This document shows positions 59,910 to 64,000 of a DNA stretch of 64,000 bases, piece by piece (the first letter of the stretch is position 1; each line of letters opens with the position of its first letter). A model generated the notes under the pieces. That model did not search any database, was not told the DNA's origin, and worked only from the letters and a program-made list of their open reading frames with translations. The position numbers were made by a program, and so were the translations under genes. Origin of the DNA: Candidatus Latescibacterota bacterium (lineage in GTDB: Bacteria; Latescibacterota; UBA2968; GCA-2709665); NCBI GenBank assembly GCA_965205485.1, contig OZ242180.1, positions 1,088,001 through 1,152,000 on the forward strand. Reading direction: 5' to 3'.

Positions 59910-60350
59910 AACTGGCGACCGGGGGTATGGGGGGTTTTTCCGTGCGGATCCGTCCAGCGCATTCGCACTGGCACAGTTGAAGGGTTGGCAGGCCACCCAG
60001 TTCTCGTTTATGCCTCCGGAGTGATTCACGGAAAAACCGGCCCCCTGCCGAAGGGCGCGCTTCTTTTTGGTCCTTTTTCTTACGCGCATAAGAAAAAGGA
60101 CGTAAAAGAAGAAAAACAAAGGATTTATGAGAAAATACTGGAATGCAAGGACATACCTTTCGTTTGCCTTTCCCTTCCAAATCATGCCTACGGCGTGTTC
60201 CTTTTGAAGCGACCAAAAGGAACCAAAAGTCGCCGCTGGGCGCGGGGCCTGCCTTATGCATGGCGCGAACTCCCTCACAGAACTCACCCGATACGCTGGC
60301 CTGCGAACCCCGTAGGAAAACGTAAATCGGTGCGGGACGGAACAACGCGC
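59910..60350. other. Structured non-coding element with two inverted TTTTGG-hairpin modules
   Basis: Perfect stems: 12 bp (59933-59944/60027-60038), 13 bp (60070-60101), 10 bp (60197-60223). Confidence 0.55.
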
Positions 60351-60461
60351 CCTGCTCTGGAAGTACTTTCGAGTAGTATCGCGTTAGACAACCGAATGCC
60401 TGACTGATGGCGAGCTATATGAGCTGGCGATACCATCAGGCGATGGACGCGCTACTACGTT

Positions 60462-60486
60462 GGGCAACCACAAGGGTTGCCCCTAC
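60462..60486 (-). repeat. GTAG-type REP
   Basis: GGGCAACCACAAGGGTTGCCCCTAC. Confidence 0.7.
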
Positions 60487-60555
60487 AATTGCGACGACTG
60501 CGCAATGAGGGCAAGATGCCCTCGCTCCCGGGAACCTCTCCCCCCGGCCGCCAAT

Positions 60556-60689
60556 AAACGGTGAGAGGCGAGACGGGAGCCGGGAGAAGAGATCTTTGCC
60601 GATCTGATCCTCCTCTTCGCCTCCGGCATAAATTGAAACCCAACGAGGCGTGCCATCTCTAACCTCTTACGTCATACGTCTCACCGCTT
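60556..60689. repeat. Inverted heptamer-periodic arms around a short spacer
   Basis: AAACGGTGAGAGGCGAGACGGGAG ... CCTCTTACGTCATACGTCTCACCGCTT. Confidence 0.5.
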
Positions 60690-60712
60690 CTTGGGTGTAG
60701 ATCTGACCCGAA

Positions 60713-62867
60713 TCAGAGTTCGATTTCTTGAGTCATCTGGCTTGAGACGGCGATGCTCCGCCCGTCTATCGCAAGGTGGCGGCCGCCGTGAACGAAGGCT
60801 TTTGACGGACGGTCGTTCTTGTATTCGATGGCGGCGGCGTTTCCCGAGAAGGAGATTTCGCCAGCGGTGACGGAGACACCCGGAGCGGCGTGAAACACGA
60901 GAAGGCGACGGTCTCCGGCGACAATCTGCAGCGCGCGGGGCAGAACCGGGGATTCGGCGCGGCCGTCAATCTGACACGCGAGCGTCGTCACGCTCACATC
61001 GGGACGAGCGCCCCGATACGGCAGCAGGAGGACGTCGAACGGGACGACGGGCTCCTCGACCCCCCAGCCTCGAAGGGCGATGAAATATCGGTCCGGCCAG
61101 GGCGCGGCGGGCGGATCGCCGGAGTATACCGGAATCTCGCGCACCATTTCCTCCAGGTAATCGATCCCGCTGAACGCGTATTTCAGCAGTCTGGGATTCG
61201 CGGGGGCAACGATGAGACCTGCCCGATCGCCTTCGGCGGCGGCGACCGTATCGTGCGTGGTGAAGGGATAAACGCTGTGCAGGTACCAGAGCGCGCTTCT
61301 CCGTCGATGCGAGCACGCGACGGCGTCCGAGACGAGGAAGCCCCACGGTTTGAAGAAGAGGATCCGGCGTTCGATCACAACTCCCGCGCTGGCTTCGTAC
61401 GCGCGGTGACGACCGGAGAAGAAATCCCAGGATTCCCCGCTGCCGAACTGAATCTGCTCGCCGCGGATATCGGGACGGGCGGAAGGCGCACCCTCGATGA
61501 CAAGGTGGTTGTGCGCCTGTTCAGAGCGGAAGTACATGTCCCACGGGGCGTCGTAGGGACCGAAACGGGAGACTTCGGCGACCAGGGGCACCCCGAAGGC
61601 GTAGAGATTGATGTCCAGAATGCCCATGTGGCTGTGGCCGCCGGGCCACTGCCCGTGGTTGACGAACATGAACGCGTCGTCCGGTTCCCATCCCGAGCGC
61701 ATCACGCAGAATTCACTGGAATCCAGGCGCAGGCTCTCGAAACCGGGTTTCACCGGTTCGGGACCGGTTTCGCCCAGCTTGTCGCGGATGGGCCAGAGGT
61801 ACGCGGGGTCTCCGGTGAAGTCGCACGCCTGCTTCAGGATGCCCGTCCCGTCCATGAAGCTGCCGTCGTTGATACCGGGCATTTCTCCCCCCGGCCCGGA
61901 CATCTTGAGAAACCAGGCGTAGGCATTCGAAGTACGCTCCCGCCAGTCGAGCGTCGCCGGCGGCTGAAGGTCCGGGTTCGCTTCCGCCAGAAGGGTGGCC
62001 TCTTCCAGTTGGCGCAGGCAGCCGCTGCCGTAGGAATAGCAGCGTTCGCTGTGGCCGCCGTCCGCGTAGTAGTCCTTCTCCATGTGCTGCTCCAGAAAGT
62101 GCGCGCCGACGGCACGGAAGTCACCGGACTCGCGGAATTCGGGCAAAAGGAACCCGATAAGGATCATGGCGGAGATGCCATGCACCTGCCAGTTTCCCTC
62201 GCGATAGCCTTTGGCGTTCTGTTCCAGCGTCAACCAGCGGGCCGCTCCAAGCAACGACTTGAAGAACAGGCGAATATGGTCCGGGGCAAGCAGGCGGCCC
62301 ATATCCATGAGCTTGACGGCGTCGAGGAAGTTCAGAAACCGGCGGCTTCTCCCGGACAGCCCAAGTTCGTAGAAGACCGGATGCATGCGGCGCGCGCCCG
62401 TGATCTCGTGCCGGACCGCGTACCATTGCCTGATGATCTCAAGATAGGCTTCGATGTACCGCGCTTCGCCCGTGTCCACGGCGGCCCTGGTCAGGCAGTC
62501 CATCCAGCCCAGGTAATGAAAGCCGTATTTGGACTGGTCGCCGAACCAGGCGTTGAACGGGACCGGCCTGGAGAAGTCGACTTCGACCTGTCCGAATCGC
62601 CGGCGCCCCCCGTTGACGATGGTGTCCGCCAGGTCCGGGTTGGCACAACCCTGGACCTGAGTTGTTCCAGCGAACGCCCAAAGGGATTGACCGGGTTGCT
62701 CCGGGAGAGGAATGCCGCCACCAGGCGGCGAACGCCGCATCGTAGCGTTTCGAATCCGCCGCGCACCGGACCGAATCAAGCCCGGGATGATCGGGATCCA
62801 GGGCTTCGAAGAACGAGGCATCCGAGATGTGTACGAGTTGATCGGGGAATTCGTCGTGATGGAACAT
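60713..62867 (-). pseudogene. Heparinase II/III-family lyase with two apparent 1-nt deletions near the 5' end (likely assembly errors)
   Basis: AGGAG SD and ATG 62867; N-terminus spread over three frames; GNWQ, DGGHSE...Y, GHSH, AHN motifs intact. Confidence 0.75.
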
Positions 62868-62881
62868 AAAATGGACTCCTG

Positions 62882-63784
62882 TTACGGCTCGAACGGGCGC
62901 CCGGTCCTGTTCAGGTCTTTCGTGATGCCGATCTGGCAGGTAACGTACGCGTTCTCTCTTCTGAAACCCCGGGTATTCAGCTGGCCCGCGGCGTACCCCG
63001 GCCGCGCGTCGCCAATCGTTCCCACGATCAGGTTGGCGTGTTCCACGGTCGTGTCGTAACGGTCCGCGATGAGACCGACCATGTCCGTCCAGGCGATTTT
63101 CAACGCCTCTTCCCAGTTCGCGCCCATACCGCTGGTGAGGATCTCGCCGGCGGTTTCCACGACAGGCCCGCCCGCGGGAAAACCCGGCGAGCGATCGAAG
63201 CGCAGCGTGAGCGCGGAGTCGATTTCCACGCCGGTGCCGGTAAGCTCGCCGTCCCCCATGCGGGCGTGGACGTCGCCCACGTAGAAATGGCCGCCGTATC
63301 GTTGCGCGCGGATATGCACGGTGCTGCCGGGGCAGATGGAATTGAAGTCCATGTTGCCGCCGTGGTTCCAGGGGCCCGTATCCTGGGAGACGGGCGCCAG
63401 TTGCATCACGCCGATCATCGGGCGGACCGGAACCACGAAGTCCGGGGGGAAGTGCAGGAGCCCGTCCTTGACCGGAGCGACCGAACGCAGGCTGCCTCGA
63501 AACGGTCCGCCGTTGTTGTAATAACCGTAGGGGCCCACTTCGATATCAATGACTTCAATGGAGACCCAGTCGCCGGGATCAATGCCATCTATAAGAAACG
63601 GACCTCCCTGGCGGGAGCCGCGCGGCGTGGTGGTCTCGGGAATCACGCCGGGCTTCAGGTCGCCGTCGGCGCCGCCGGGTGTCTCGATGACGAGCGTTTC
63701 GCCGAGCTGGATCGTGCCGCGAACCTGGCCGCGTTCGACCGCTTCGGACCCAGTCAGATACGGTTTTCGGGTAAAACGGCGCAT
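62882..63784 (-). CDS. Acetamidase/formamidase family protein
   Basis: GP..I.G..PGD, PMIGV, HGGNMD, GDVHA.MGDGE..GTG.E; GGAGG SD. Confidence 0.88.
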   Translation of the reverse strand: MRRFTRKPYLTGSEAVERGQVRGTIQLGETLVIETPGGADGDLKPGVIPETTTPRGSRQGGPFLIDGIDPGDWVSIEVIDIEVGPYGYYNNGGPFRGSLRSVAPVKDGLLHFPPDFVVPVRPMIGVMQLAPVSQDTGPWNHGGNMDFNSICPGSTVHIRAQRYGGHFYVGDVHARMGDGELTGTGVEIDSALTLRFDRSPGFPAGGPVVETAGEILTSGMGANWEEALKIAWTDMVGLIADRYDTTVEHANLIVGTIGDARPGYAAGQLNTRGFRRENAYVTCQIGITKDLNRTGRPFEP

Positions 63785-63914
63785 GAGAAGCCTCCTGTTC
63801 TGAAACGCGGGGGCGCATCAGCAATCGCCCGTTCATGCCCGCGCCTGCTTGTTCGTCGGTGGCCTGCCCGGAAAACGTCATGTCCCGGTCGAAATTGAAA
63901 TGCGTTGAAACCGC

Positions 63915-63943
63915 TTGTTTATCCGTTCCGGGTGAGCCATAAT
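63915..63943 (+). promoter_or_regulatory. Putative sigma70 promoter for a gene beyond the window
   Basis: TTGTTT-17 nt-CATAAT. Confidence 0.4.
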
Positions 63944-64000
63944 AGGGATTGGAAATCGGAGCGTCAAGGTCTTGCGGCAGGGTCTTTCGAACAGGTACAG

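Noticed and set aside
59784..60407. ORFs of 140-167 aa in the 60-kb spacer
   Set aside because: Low-complexity translations of hairpin repeats on both strands.
1..64000. CRISPR array, tRNA/rRNA, transposase or integrase
   Set aside because: No regularly spaced 25-40 nt repeats, cloverleaf or rRNA motifs, or recombinase/transposase motifs seen.

Overview
Bacterial DNA in three blocks; no rRNA, tRNA, CRISPR array, integrase or transposase is recognisable. (1) 1-25,412: after the 3' end of a hybrid sensor kinase (REC+Hpt) come about 30 genes, all on the + strand and mostly short and functionally unrelated. They include four toxin-antitoxin pairs plus an orphan antitoxin, AT-richer defence-like genes (DUF2971, PD-(D/E)xK-like), HAD and His phosphatases, methyl-, sulfo-, acetyl- and phosphotransferases, an ankyrin protein and an ABC permease. 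The block resembles a gene-cassette array but lacks clear attC sites. (2) 25,423-39,808: minus-strand metabolic genes (nadE, PurO-like, AcuI-like, oxidoreductases). (3) 40,138-63,784: a glycan/sugar-acid catabolic region with four heparinase II/III-like proteins, three paralogous GH-like TIM barrels, an enolase-superfamily enzyme, Gfo/Idh/MocA dehydrogenases and an isomerase. Spacers carry several families of short palindromic or heptamer repeats. Best leads: a promoter plus structured ~130-nt leader before the ankyrin gene; three intergenic sites arranged like left, right and joined recombination junctions (5141, 8944, 13631); and a structured non-coding element at ~59.9-60.35 kb. Several 1-nt homopolymer frameshifts suggest assembly indels. 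All family calls come from motif recognition by eye; no database search was run.
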